Part shown: positions 22,901 through 34,248 of the stretch, one piece after another
Numbering within the stretch: position 1 is the stretch's first letter
How the letters are laid out: every line of letters begins with the position of its first letter
Assembly (NCBI GenBank): GCA_965240325.2
Contig: OZ251237.1
Span: forward strand, 1,426,001 to 1,490,000
Length of the DNA stretch: 64,000 nucleotides
Source: Rebecca billardiae RCC1528
Taxonomy: Eukaryota; Protista; Haptophyta
Direction: 5' to 3'
Notes under the pieces: model-generated
Seen by the model: the letters and a program-made list of their open reading frames with translations, nothing else
Database searches by the model: none
What the model was told of the DNA's origin: nothing
Position numbers and translations under genes: made by a program

Positions 22901-25900
22901 GCGAGTACGATGCGCGCCGCACCTTGGAGCTCGCGCACGTCGCGCAGCCGGATTGTGCCGCGCTGCTTGCGGTCGAACACCTTGAAGAGCGACGTGATCA
23001 CGAACACGGCCTCGCCCAGCGCCTCGGACAAGCTCAGCGCAGAGGAAGCCGACGCGCCGCCGCGGGCCGCGCGGCCGCTGTCGCTGTCCCCCTGGCTGTC
23101 CGCGTGCTGGCTCTCAGACTCCCGGACACCGCCGCGGCGGGTCGGGCTGCTGGGCGGGCTGGGCTCGGGCGTCGTCGCCGAGGTCGTCGAGACGTGCAGC
23201 GGGCCCGAACCCGGCGCGGAGCGGGTGCTCCACTGGCTGGGGCTCTGGTACTGCGCGGCGCCCGCCTGCGCCCCTCGGTTCGACTCGCTTAGCCGGGAGG
23301 CGGGGACGGGCGAGCCGCCATCCTGCTCGGTGCCGTCCGCCAGCGGGTTGCTCGCGCGGCTGGTGCGGCTCGGGCGGCCGTCGGCGGTGAACGAGATGCG
23401 CCCGCCGCGCGAGCTCAGGGTCTGCGACACGCGCGCGAGGGCGGCCCCCGCCGACGCTCGCGCGCGCCGCTTCGCGTGGCTCGCCTCTGCGTCGTCGCTG
23501 AGCTGGCCCGCGCCCCAGCTGATCGGGCCGTTGGCCGAGTGCCGGGCGGCGAGGATCTCGAGCAGCCGCTTCGAGCAGAAGAGGACGACGTGGCCGAGGT
23601 CGGAGAGGAAGACGGGCTCGACCGAGCCGTCGTCGGACCCAGCCGCCGCGCCCTGCCGGATCAGATCGGGCCCGCCGCCGAGCGGCGCGCCCAGCGCGGC
23701 GGCGGAGCGCTCGTCGTACTGCTGAGCGAGCGCGGACGCGGCGAGGCCGCGCGACTTGGCCTCGTCGACGGCGTGCAGGTGCTTCGAGAGCTCGAGGAGC
23801 GAGAGGCCCGAGCCGCGCCTCTGGATGGCGGCGCGCGCGGAGCCGGCCTGCGTGTGCCCGCCCCGCCCGGCCTCCACCTTGGGCACGCCGAGGACCATCA
23901 TCTCAGGCAGCGCGGGCTGCTGGCCGCGCGCCGACGCGCGCCGGCCCGCGATCGCCTCCATCTCGTCGGCCTCGTCGAGCTCGGCGAGTCCCTGGAGCTC
24001 GGCGGCGCCGAGCGCGCCGCCGAGCGCGATGCTGCTCGCCGCGCCGCTCGACGGCGCGGACACGCCGATGAAGTTGTGCAGCTCGGCGTAGATCTCGGTC
24101 AGCACCTCGTCCGCCTCCGCCGCCGAGAGCGCCAGGTCTGAGAGGAGGATGGAGCCGAGCGCGCTGTGCTCGTCGAAGCGGCGCGCGGCGCTCGGCAGGT
24201 GCGCGCGCTCGCTCGGCGAGAGCTTCTTGTCAAAGGCGGCGCGGAGCATCGAGAGCCCGGCCTCCGCCTTGGGCAGCTGCAGCACCAGCTTGATGAACCG
24301 GGCCTTGTCCGAGCTGACCACGTCCGCGGGCGCAGCCGCAGCCGCCGCCTCCGCCGTGGCGCGCGAGCGGCGGTCGGCCGCGCGCCACGGCGCGGCGTTG
24401 AAGCTGCCGTCGTCGTCGGGCCCGCTGTCGTCGGCGGAGGACGAGTCGGCGTCCGACGGGTCCGAGTCCGTGTCGCCGTCCTCCTCGTCCTCGATGCCGT
24501 ACTCGTTGATCCAGATGTCCGCGTGCCGGCCGAGCGTGCGGAAAAGCGCGTGCTGGTGCTTGGACAGCTCGGCCATCCGGCGCGAGAGCTTGCCGAGCGA
24601 GGTCTCGACCTCGAGCGTCTTGCGCAGCATGCCGTCGTGGTCCGCCTTGCGCGTGCGCGCGCGCTCGTTGATCTTGCGGTTGAGCGCGTACATGTCGACC
24701 GACTCCGCCTTGGCCGCGCCGAGCAGCGCCTCGTACTGCGCGTACGTGCGCGCGCCGGCCGTCGCGCCGCCGACGAGCGCCGACTCGGGCGGCAGCTTGG
24801 CGCCGCAGTGCAGCGCGAGCACGGACGCGATCTCCGGGTGGCACTCGAGGGCGTCGATCAGCGGCGGTCGGCCCCAGCGGTCGGCGAGGTTCACGTCCGC
24901 CATCGCGGAGACGAGGAGGTACGCCGTCGAGATCGAGCCCGCCTGCACCGCCGCGTGCAGCGCCGTGCGCTTGTCAAAGTCCGCGTCGTCAATCGGCGCG
25001 CCCATGTCGATCAGGAAGCGCAGCTTGTCCGCGTCGCCCGCGGCCGCGGCCGCGCGCAGCCGCTCGCCCATCGCCGCCTCGTCCAGCTTCGGCGAGTTGC
25101 GCGCGATCTGGCGCGAGACGAGCACGTGCTCGTGCTCGATCGCCTCGTCGAGCGGCGTGCGGCCCCACCGGTCCTCCGCGTTCACGTCCGCGAGGTTGGC
25201 GAGCAGGAACTCGACGACGCGCGTCGAGCCGTCGGCGGCGGCGGCGTGCAGCGCGGTGCGCCGGTCGTAGTTCGCCGCGTTAATCTCGACGCCGTGCGCC
25301 ACGAGCATGCCCAGGTGCGCCACGTCGCCCTTCTTGGCGGCGGTGAGCATGCGCTCCGCCGGGCGCTCGAGCTGCAGCACCGAGCCCGTCTTGGAGAGCT
25401 CGTCCGCCACGGCCGGGTGCCGCTTCTCGACAGCGTTCTGGATGGGGCTCTGGCCGAAGCGGTCGATCACGTTGGCGTCCGCGCCGAGCTCGCACAGCAG
25501 CCGGACGACCGTGAGGTTGCCCTGGATCGCGGCGAGGTGCAGCGTCGTGCGCTGGTCGTACGTGCCCTGGTCGAGGTCGAAGCCGCGCGCGACGAGCGTG
25601 CGCACCGTCTCCGTGTCGCCCTGCCACACGGCGAGCAGCATCTGCGAGAGCTGCTCCTCGTTGCGCTCGACGACTGCGGCGCGGATCATCTCGCGCAGCG
25701 CCTCGTGCTCCTTCAGCTCGTCCTCCGACAGCGCGTTCAGGTCGATCCCGACCGGGCCGCCGGCGAGGTCGTTGCCCGAGCGGTCGAGGCCGTACCGCCG
25801 CAGCAGGTTCTGCGTGATCCGGTCGGCGTGCTCGGGGTACGAGGTGATGAGGTCGTCGAAGGCGGAGCTCGAGAGCACGGCGAGCGTCACCTCGCCCGTC

Positions 25901-26526
25901 GGCGTCGCGAGCACCGTGTACGGCTGCGGCACGCCGGCGACGAAGGCGACCTCGCCGACGACCTGCCCCGGCCCGATGTCGGAGCGCACCGTCGAGATGT
26001 GCACGTCGCCCTTCCGCACGTGCAGCGAGCCGCCGATGCACCACGGCAGCTCGGTGCTGCCGTCGCCGCGCTTGAAGAGGATCTCCTTGGGCATCATGTA
26101 CCGCTCGCGCAGGTACAGCGCGAGCTGGTTGAGGAACTGCGGCGTGCAGCCGACGAAGAGCGACGTGGCGGAGAGCTCGCCCGCGTACTGCTCGACCGCC
26201 ACCTCCGTCTTGAGCGAGAGCGGCATCTGCGAGAAGATCCGCTCGGTCGCCGTCGCGCTCTTGCGGTGCTGGAACTCGTAGTGGCTGCGGATGCGCGCGC
26301 CCAGCTCCGTCGGCAGCCGACGCTCGATGACGTAGTCGTCCACCGCCTTCAAGAGCTGCTTGGCGTGCACGGTCGCCTCGTCCGTGCGCACGAGGTAGTG
26401 GAAGAGCGTGCCGAGCACGAACGCGTAGAAGACGATCTGCACGAGCGCGACCACGATGGCGAAGATGATCTCCGACTGCACGGTGATCACGAGCGTGCCG
26501 TACCCGAGCGCTGCTCGCGCGCGCGC

Positions 26527-26557
<31 letters not shown>

Positions 26558-27684
26558 AGACGGCCGCGGCGGCGCGCGCGGGGCGCGCGTCAAGATGAGG
26601 CGTGCCAGTGCGAGGACGACGCGCGCGCGCGCGCGCGCGCGCGGCCGACCGACCCGCCGCGCGCACCCGTCATCCCAGCCCAGGCCATGTAGAGCCCCAT
26701 CAAGTAGTTGTGCCAGCCGGTCGCGATCGGCGAGTGCAGGTCGAGCTCGGGGTTGTGCGTGAGCAGCGCAAACTGCGCGTTCCAGTGCGGCAGCTCGAGC
26801 GGGTCGGCCGCCCACTTGTCCGCGAGCGCCCACCACACGCACGCCGCCCAGTGGGGCACGCTCACGAGCACGAGGGTGAACTTGTACACCGCGAGGAACG
26901 AGACGTTGGTGCTGAGGTCGTTGTTGATCTGCTCGACGTAGTTGATGAGCTCGCGCACGCGCAGAATGCGGAAGCCTTGCAGCAGCTGGAAGAGCACCAC
27001 CTCGTGGAAGACGAGAGCGAGCACGCGGCCACAGTGCAGCGAGGCGATGATCACGAGGTCGCGGAAGCCGTGGGCGATGGTGTACGGGATCACCTGCGGC
27101 TTGCCGTCCAACACCTCGGCCTCCGACTTGGCGCGGCCCGCGCCGTCGCGCCGCGCCTGCGCGAGCTCGTTGAGCACCCAGCCGAGCTCGAACAGGTCGG
27201 TGAGCACGTCAAGCGCGATGATCGCCGGCTGCGCCAGCGTGATCGACGGGAGAGCCAGCCGCAGCGGAATGAGCAGGTTTTCGTACGTGAGGACGGGCAG
27301 CCGCGCGATCTTGGCGTACTTGCGCATCCGCGCCGCGCGCTCGCGCGCGGAGATCTCGGCCTCGAGCCGGCGGCGCGCCCCTTGCGCCGCCGCGTCGTCG
27401 CCCACGAGCACAGTGCGCCACTTGACGCGCGAACCCTTGGCGTGGTGCCGCGCGCCCGTTCGGAGGATCCCCTTGACCTGCGCGGACTTGGCCCCCCGCT
27501 CCGTGCGTGCGGCCTTTCCGCCGTCGCTGCCGCCACCAGAGAGAAGCTGCGCGCGCGCGCGCGCGGCATCGTCAGAGCCGTCGCGCTCGGCGGCCTTCTC
27601 GCCATGCGAAGCGCTCTGCTCGCTCTCCACCGGCGCGACTTGGCCGGTGCCGACGATGCCGAGCTTGCGACCCCAGCTGCTCAT
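16951..27684 (-). CDS. Giant two-module Shaker/AKT-like K+ channel: (6TM-pore-CNBD-ankyrin)-EF-hand-(6TM-pore-CNBD-ankyrin), ~3,076 aa
   Basis: Nine exons: 27684-26667, 26510-22923, 22786-20892, 20778-20599, 20448-19753, 19433-19277, 19055-18820, 18567-17263, 17106-16951 (9,231 nt, in frame, all GT-AG). Pore 1 MTALGYG; pore 2 MTTLGAA; S4 FRILRVRE and LRIVRLAQLK; CNBDs GEVAF and GDVQF; many TALHLAA ankyrins; EF-hand-like loop DRKQRGTIRLRD. Confidence 0.92.
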
Positions 27685-28920
27685 CGCGCGATGCAACGCG
27701 CTCGTCCGAGGTCAGTTGTGGTCGGTCCGCGGCGGTCCAAGCAGAATCTGGGCAACCCAGAGGGCGGGAAGGGTGTGACCACTCAATCCTACTCTGATAC
27801 TTTACTGTTACTGGCGCGCGAATCGTCGACCGTCGTCCGCCGTGAGGTTGTGATAGGGAGGCTATCGCCAGATTCCCCAAAGATGCCCCGAGGTGGGCGG
27901 CACCTATCAGCGAGGCGATTTCTGGCCGTTGGCGTGCGCTTATTTCAGGCTTTTAAACCACCCTTTCCCGCCACATTCACAACTACAAGCGCTCACATGA
28001 CAGTAATATCCGCAGGAGTGCAGGTGATGAAACGGAGAGTGCAAAATCTCAAGTTGAGTTGCGAAATCGTATACCTGTAAATGGGTGATGAGTGCTCACT
28101 CGGGTACCTAATGAGTCGGAAAGGCATTTTCGAGCCGACCGGTGAAGCAAGGGCCCTTGGGTGAAGATGGAGAGCTGATTCCTCGGGGCACGAGAGCGGC
28201 AAGCCCGGCAAGCGCGCAGCGTGCAGCCGCGCTGCGGCGCGCGAGGCCATATCAACAAGCCACAGGACCGCGCCAGCCCGCTCGGTGACGGTGTGCGCGC
28301 CACTGGCCGCACGGGCCCACGCCGTGCACGCCCCGAGCGCCCCCCGCAGCGGCGGCGGCTGCCGCGCGACGCTCCGGTCCAAAAGTGTGGATGTAAGGTG
28401 AAGCTCCGGCTCGCTGACCCTCGGCCAGGGGGGCAGCCTTGTTGGTGGCGTGGAAATCGATGGCTGGCTATGTCCGCGACGTGCCTGCTGCCGCACTCTC
28501 ATGCTTGGAAGTCCCACAGCGGGACTTCTCTGAGCATACTGTACAGGATCGCCAGTGAAGACCTCCCGCGCCCCTCGAGATCGCACGGATCTCGCCGCCA
28601 AGCATCGGGTTGTGCGGCTAGCCACGTGCGGCGTTTGCGGCTTGAAGGCGGGCTTGGCACGCGCGCGCGCGTGACGCGACGGATGGCGTGCGTTTAAGCT
28701 GTCCAGCCCGTGTCGGCTCGCCTCGTGCGGCGCGGCCCGGCCGCGCACCCCGCGTTCGACGCCGACCGCTGCTTGGTCAGCGTGCTTCATGGTGGACGGG
28801 TCGGCGCATGGCATCGCAGAGCCGCGCGTGGTCGCACAGAAGAGCTGTCTGAAGAGGCCCGCGAGTCCGCGCATGGCCACCGCAGCTGTGACAGAGTGAC
28901 GCGTCACGCGCGCGCGCGTT

Positions 28921-29020
28921 GCGTCACACTGGACGCGCGTCACACTGGACGCGTCACACTGGACGCGTCACACTGGACGCGTCACACTGGACGCGTCACA
29001 CTGGACGCGTCACACTGGAC
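28921..29020. repeat. Minisatellite, 14-bp unit GCGTCACACTGGAC x7
   Basis: Seven exact units with one 2-nt spacer; junctions form the palindrome GACGCGTC. Confidence 0.95.
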
Positions 29021-29319
29021 GCGTGTGACTGTGACGAAATCGCGTGACGCAATCGCGTCCGTCTCAGTAGGGTCTGCGAACGTTCGCCTCGCTTTGGGGC
29101 GGCCTGTGCCCTGCGGCGCATATGAGAGCTTCCGGCGGCGCTGCACCCGCACGGCAATAGCAGTAAGCATAGACGTAGTCAGTGACGCGGCGGGCCCCAC
29201 GCGGACCGTCGCGGCGGCGCAGACCATCAACAGCAGGCTGCGTCAGCCTCGGCGGGATGCCGGCGGATCGCCGCCTCTGAACCAGCAATTATGGACCATG
29301 GAAGCGAGTCACACCGGAG

Positions 29320-31450
29320 TAATCTTTTTCCGTAAGCAGGTTACTCACCACATTTGGTTGGGGCCCAAAAACGTCCTTCCACAGCCTAACCACCCAACCA
29401 TTCCAAGAGTGGCCAGCCGGACTACGATCACCGGACCTAACCAAGGTCGCCGGACAGAGAGCCAGTGCCCAACCATCACAGCCGGACTGCGCTACCGGAC
29501 CTAACCAAGTTCACCGGACAGCCGGCTGGTGCCTAACCAGCTAACCTTCCCAGCCGGACAGCGATTACCGGACCCGTCACCCGTGCTAGCTAAGAATCTT
29601 AAAAAAGCATTTCAAAAACATTAAAACAATGCGCTGATATGATGTGATCTATGAATAAAGATGGCTGCCGCTTTGCCGCCGACGACGAACGTGGGGTGCC
29701 CATCCAACCTAACCACCCAACCAAGTTTCGTCGCGGAGCGGACTCGCGGCCTTTCATCAAGCGAATCGGCGTTAGCGACGCCCGCGCCGCCCGAGCCAGC
29801 GCAGCGCCGGGACGGGCGCGGTAGTGGCTGCGCCAGGAGCGGCAAAGACGCGATGCTCTCGATGCGGGCGCTCGCGAGGGCGCACTTGCCGCGCCCCCCG
29901 CGCCCCCATTTTGTTCCCCGCTGCCGGACACGCACTGCTGCTGCCAGCGGCTTACTGAGAACGGTCCGCGCGGCCTCCGCGGGGCTGCGCGCGCCTCGAT
30001 CACAGCACGAGAGGTGTGCATCCCAGACCTCCCCGCTGTGCATGATGCATGCCGCGCGTCAGCTGGCTCGAGCTGCCTCACCCGCCCCCGCGCCCCATTT
30101 TGCGTCTGTCAACAACAACCCGCACACGACTTCTTCCAGCGTGCCAGACCGCGAGCGAGCCGAGCGCCGGCGCCGCGCGGCGAGCCGCCGTGGTGCCGCT
30201 CCAGCAGTTGCAGCGGCAGCGGCGCGAAAACGATGGTAGCGTCCCCGCCGCCATAATCTGGACTCGCAGTGTGGCTGCTCGCACGAGCTCCCGCACCGCA
30301 CGGACCAGCTGCGCTCGTGCGACGTGCGCTAACTAACGCGCACACGAGAAAATGGTTGGGTGGTTAGGTTAGGTTGGCACACCCCACTTCTCAAAGCTCG
30401 GTGGGGGCCGGCAGCCATGCTGATGCTCGCGCATGCTGTGACCACGATGGTTGGGTGGTTAGGTTGGATGGGCAACCATCTCACGACCAGCCGGCTGGCT
30501 GAGAGCCGGCAGCCATGCTGGCGCTCATGCTGGCGACGAAACTTGGTTGGGTGGTTAGGTTGGATGGGCACCCCTCTCGCGTCCCGTGAGTCCAGGCCGG
30601 CCGGCCGCGGCGGCCGCGCGGACGCACGGGACGCATGGACGGCCGGCAGCCTTGCTCATGCTCGCACTTGCTGGCGACGAAACTTGGTTGGCTGGTTAGG
30701 TTGGATGGGCACCCCTCTCGTCACTGGCCGAGCCCGAGAGCCGGCAGCCATGCTGATCCTCATGCTGGCTGCCGAAACATGGTTGGCTGGTTAGGTTGGA
30801 TAGGCACCCCCCTCGTCGCTGGCAGAGACCGAGAGACGGCAGCCATGCTGATCCTCATGCTGGCTGCCGAAACATGGTTGGCTGGTTAGGTTGGATAGGC
30901 ACCCCCCTCGTCGCTGGCCGAGCCCGAGAGACGGCAGCCATGCTGATCCTCACTTTGCTGGCTGCCGAAACATGGTTGGCTGGTTAGGTTGGATAGGCAC
31001 CCCCCTCGTCGCTGGCCGAGCCCGAGAGACGGCAGCCATGCTGATCCTCATGCTGGCTGCCGAAACATGGTTGGCTGGTTAGGTTGGATAGGCACCCCCC
31101 TCGTCGCTGGCAGAGACCGAGAGCGCCGGCCGGCAGCCATGCTGATCCTCATGCTGGCTGCCGAAACATGGTTGGCTGGTTAGGTTGGATGGGCACCCCC
31201 CTCGTCGCTGGCCGAGCCCGAGAGACGGCAGCCATGCTGATCCTCACTGTGCTGGCTGCCGAAATGTGGTTGGCTGGTTAGGTTGGATAGGCACCTCCCT
31301 CGTCGCTGGCCGAGACCGAGAGCCGGCAGGGCCACTGCTGATCCTCACAGCATGTACTAGTATCATCATGGTTGGGGCATGGTTAGGTGCAACTACCCTA
31401 TAGCTAGGCTGTATTCGCCACCCCCTGGCAATTTTCCCATACGGAAAGGC
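29320..31450. mobile_element. Non-coding element with inverted sub-terminal repeat motifs (CCTAACC left, GGTTAGG right); probable non-autonomous transposon
   Basis: cctaacc motifs at ~29385-29540 and ~29710 face ggttagg motifs from 30362 on. Perfect 42-bp inverted repeat 29693-29734 vs 30533-30574. Boundaries approximate. Confidence 0.6.
30686..31330. repeat. Tandem array of ~95-101-bp units (6-7 copies), each with an internal hairpin
   Basis: Unit ggttggctggttaggttggataggcacccccctcgtcgctgg...cggcagccatgctgatcctcatgctggctgccgaaacat; stem cggcagcca/tggctgccg. Confidence 0.95.
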
Positions 31451-31772
31451 TTCTATATACTATATAGCAAACACACCTGGGTATAGCCGTATAACTCGCT
31501 TCCACACCCCAATTATGATGATGATAATCTGCTTGATAGCTTCCCCCAGACCGACTCCCGCCGTCATGGACCGATTCCCGATCCGACGCCGATTATATCG
31601 TTCAGCTTAGAAGAAAGCGAACCGCGAACCAGTCACTCACAGTGTCACGGTATGTGCGCCGGACTGTCGCCCAGCTGACAAGGCGCAGTGAGCAGACAGC
31701 AGGGTGAGCGCCGCATCATTTGCGGTAGTGCCCGGCGGACTGATCGGCCCACAAGACGCTGTGGCGAGCTCG

Positions 31773-32009
31773 CTACTCGTAGTACCGGCGCTTCATTTCA
31801 CGGTACTTGCGCAGCTTGATCACGCCAATCATCTCACGCACCATGTACCGTCCATAAGCGACTGCGCGCTTGATCTCCACCTCGTCGACGAGATGTGCGT
31901 TCTGCGCAAACTTGGCCTTCGCCTTTTCTCGCACGAAGGACTCGCCAGCTGGGTAGTCGCGTGCGACGCGCATGATGCGCTTGTACAGATCCCGGACGAG
32001 AGGATGCAT
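31773..32009 (-). CDS. ETFRF1: LYR-motif protein LYRM5 / electron transfer flavoprotein regulatory factor 1, 78 aa
   Basis: LYKRIMRVARDYP...F..N...LRKYREMKRRYY fits the LYRM5 pattern (LYK, RDYP, LRKYRxMKxRY). Confidence 0.88.
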   Translation of the reverse strand: MHPLVRDLYKRIMRVARDYPAGESFVREKAKAKFAQNAHLVDEVEIKRAVAYGRYMVREMIGVIKLRKYREMKRRYYE

Positions 32010-32140
32010 GCAAGTGAGCTCACACGGCCGCCATCGTGCCGTTCGCGAGCTGGAGTTGACGCAAGACTTCACTGGAGACACCCTTGACTGGCGGGTGACG
32101 CTGTGTGGCAGCCGAGGACTCGCGCCCCGTGGCCGAGGCG

Positions 32141-32446
32141 ATGCTTTCACGAGCGGCATGCGCGCTGGGCGCTGCGGCGATGCGAGTGGGCACACCGTCC
32201 TCAAGCATGGCATGCGGCGAGTTCGTGCCGGCTCTTGCCGCTCGGCGCGGCGCGCCCGGCTTCCTGCTGCAGAGCTGGTTTCCATCCGCATCCATGGAGC
32301 AAGACGAGCCGGAGATCATGCACGCAATGAACCGCAACGCGCGCCGTCCGAAGAAGGCGAACCATGGCGCTCGACCGTGCTCGTCGGTGGCGCGCAGGCT
32401 GAAGCGGCCAAAGGGCACGAACATGGGCAAACGTCGGGGGAACTAG
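32141..32446 (+). CDS. Small basic protein with mitochondrial-type presequence and bL37-like KANHGxRP motif (candidate organellar ribosomal protein)
   Basis: MLSRAACALG start, short acidic linker, then highly basic MNRNARRPKKANHGARPCSSVARRLKRPK. Head-to-head with ETFRF1 (131 bp). Confidence 0.7.
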   Translation: MLSRAACALGAAAMRVGTPSSSMACGEFVPALAARRGAPGFLLQSWFPSASMEQDEPEIMHAMNRNARRPKKANHGARPCSSVARRLKRPKGTNMGKRRGN

Positions 32447-34248
32447 CTCTTCGTGGATGAGCTGCCATGCCTCAGCTGCCACGATGACGAATGCGCTGCG
32501 ACGATGAAGAATGCACTGTTGCAACCAGCATCCCTACCCTACCCGTGCCCACCGACAAGCAAGCACAACTGCCACAGCTGCCACGCAGGCCAGATCCGGC
32601 CGCAGCAACCGTCACTCGTTAGATACGGCCCGCGCCGCGTCGCCGGCCAGGTCAGGGCCCGCGCAGGCGAGCCGCAGCCATCGTCGTCGTGGTAAGCGAC
32701 TATCGCTACGACCTCTGAGGCTTCTACTCAGAGCACAGAGGCGAGCAGGTCTCCGCGTCCGCGCCCGCGGTCTGAGACCGCGCCGACCCGCGGGACTCGC
32801 GGAGTCCGTGGTCCCGGAGACGGTCACGCGGTGTCACGCCTCGCCCTCGGCACTGACCGGAGCGGACGCGGTAGCCCGGTAGGTAGGGCTGCGCTCGACG
32901 CGGTTATTGCGGTATACGGGCGGCTTCACGGACACGGACGACACGCGGTGACGGTCCGTCCGGTCCGCGGCCCGCGGGCGGGCCCGTCGGACGACTCGTC
33001 GGGCCTGAGGTCTCCGTTTACTCTAACTCTTAGTCCGTTAAGCTTACTCGTCAAATATTGAGTCGTATTATAATAAATTATAATTAGATGATGATGATGA
33101 CGAATTATATAACGATACTGCGCTAGCTATATATAGAATAAGTGTGCCAGTGATGAAGTCCTACTACACTCTACAGGCAGACTCACAGTACAGTCCTAAG
33201 TCAATGCGAGCCGTCAACAGTGTCGCGGGCGCAGCCGAGCCACGAGACTCGTTGTCGTCACTCATCATCAATCATCTTGGACTAAGAAGTAATTCGAGTA
33301 CACGTGTCGTCATAAATTTAAGCTTGATATTGAATTCTCAGGCAGATTGACTCCGCGTGAGTCGTCGTCAAGACTTGAGCCTTGAGGGCGACAGACTACA
33401 CCCGTTATTGACTGACTCACGACTAATGACTCCGTTGAGCTGCGCTGAGCCGTGCCGGTGCGGTTGCGGAGCACGGGCCACGGCACGTGGCATTCTCAGC
33501 CTAGCTCTCACGGTTCAGTCTCGTCACTTGCTGGCAACTATCGGACGAGACTACGCTCACAGACCATCAGATCAGACGCCGACGGACTGAGTTTTTCAAC
33601 CTGTGACCAGCACGAAAGGCACCGAATCCCCGGCGACGCGGTCCGACGCCGGGGGTCCCAGCGGGCCCAGGGCCAGGCTGCTCCGAGGCCGGGATCGATG
33701 GCATCAGCAGCCTAGGGTAGTATAGCTAGTGACGATCATATATATATAACTTCAACTATTCATCATCATCATCAATATTTGACATCAAAGCGTTTATTAT
33801 TCGTCAGTGACGATGACTTAGACGCCGAGCTGCTCGGGATTAATAATGCTGCTGCGCCACTCCGTGACTCAGTGCTGTATTTTCTAGGTGCCGTGCCGGA
33901 TATCATCAGCAGACGGCTCAGTCAGTCTGACTTAATGAGTTAAACACTTGCTCGCACGGCCCCCGGCCCTGGCAGGCCCGCCCGCGGGGCCGGACTCCGC
34001 GGTGGCCGGCCGCCCGCAGGCCCTCTGACGCGCGGGCCGTCTCAGTCTGCCGAGTCTCCCCTGGGTCCCGGGGGTCGTGACGACGCGATATTGATGACGG
34101 CGCCGCGGGCGTCCAACTGTCAGCAGGCCTCGACCACTCCGATGCACATATCACCCTGCGCCGAGTCGGCTGTAGCGGCCCTCGGAGCCCGCTCGCAGGG
34201 CACTGGCCCGCCAGGCGGCCAGGAAGGGCGCCTGCCCCCGATGGCTGG

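Noticed and set aside
16951-27696. Treating the 368, 1355, 723, 572 and 589 aa ORFs as separate genes
   Set aside because: Canonical splice sites join them in frame, and the GYG filter spans a junction.
30354-31330. CRISPR-like array
   Set aside because: Intervening segments are homologous rather than unique spacers, no cas genes are present, and the context is eukaryotic.
29380-31390. Interstitial telomere
   Set aside because: TTAGG occurs singly inside longer units, not as tandem TTAGGG.
30796-31403. Repeated 63-72 aa ORFs (MDRHPPRRW...)
   Set aside because: Translation of the tandem repeat with non-ATG starts.
33870-33915. - strand CUGAUGA...GAAA hammerhead-like string
   Set aside because: No convincing stem II or flanking helices; CAT/GAT stutters make such words common here.
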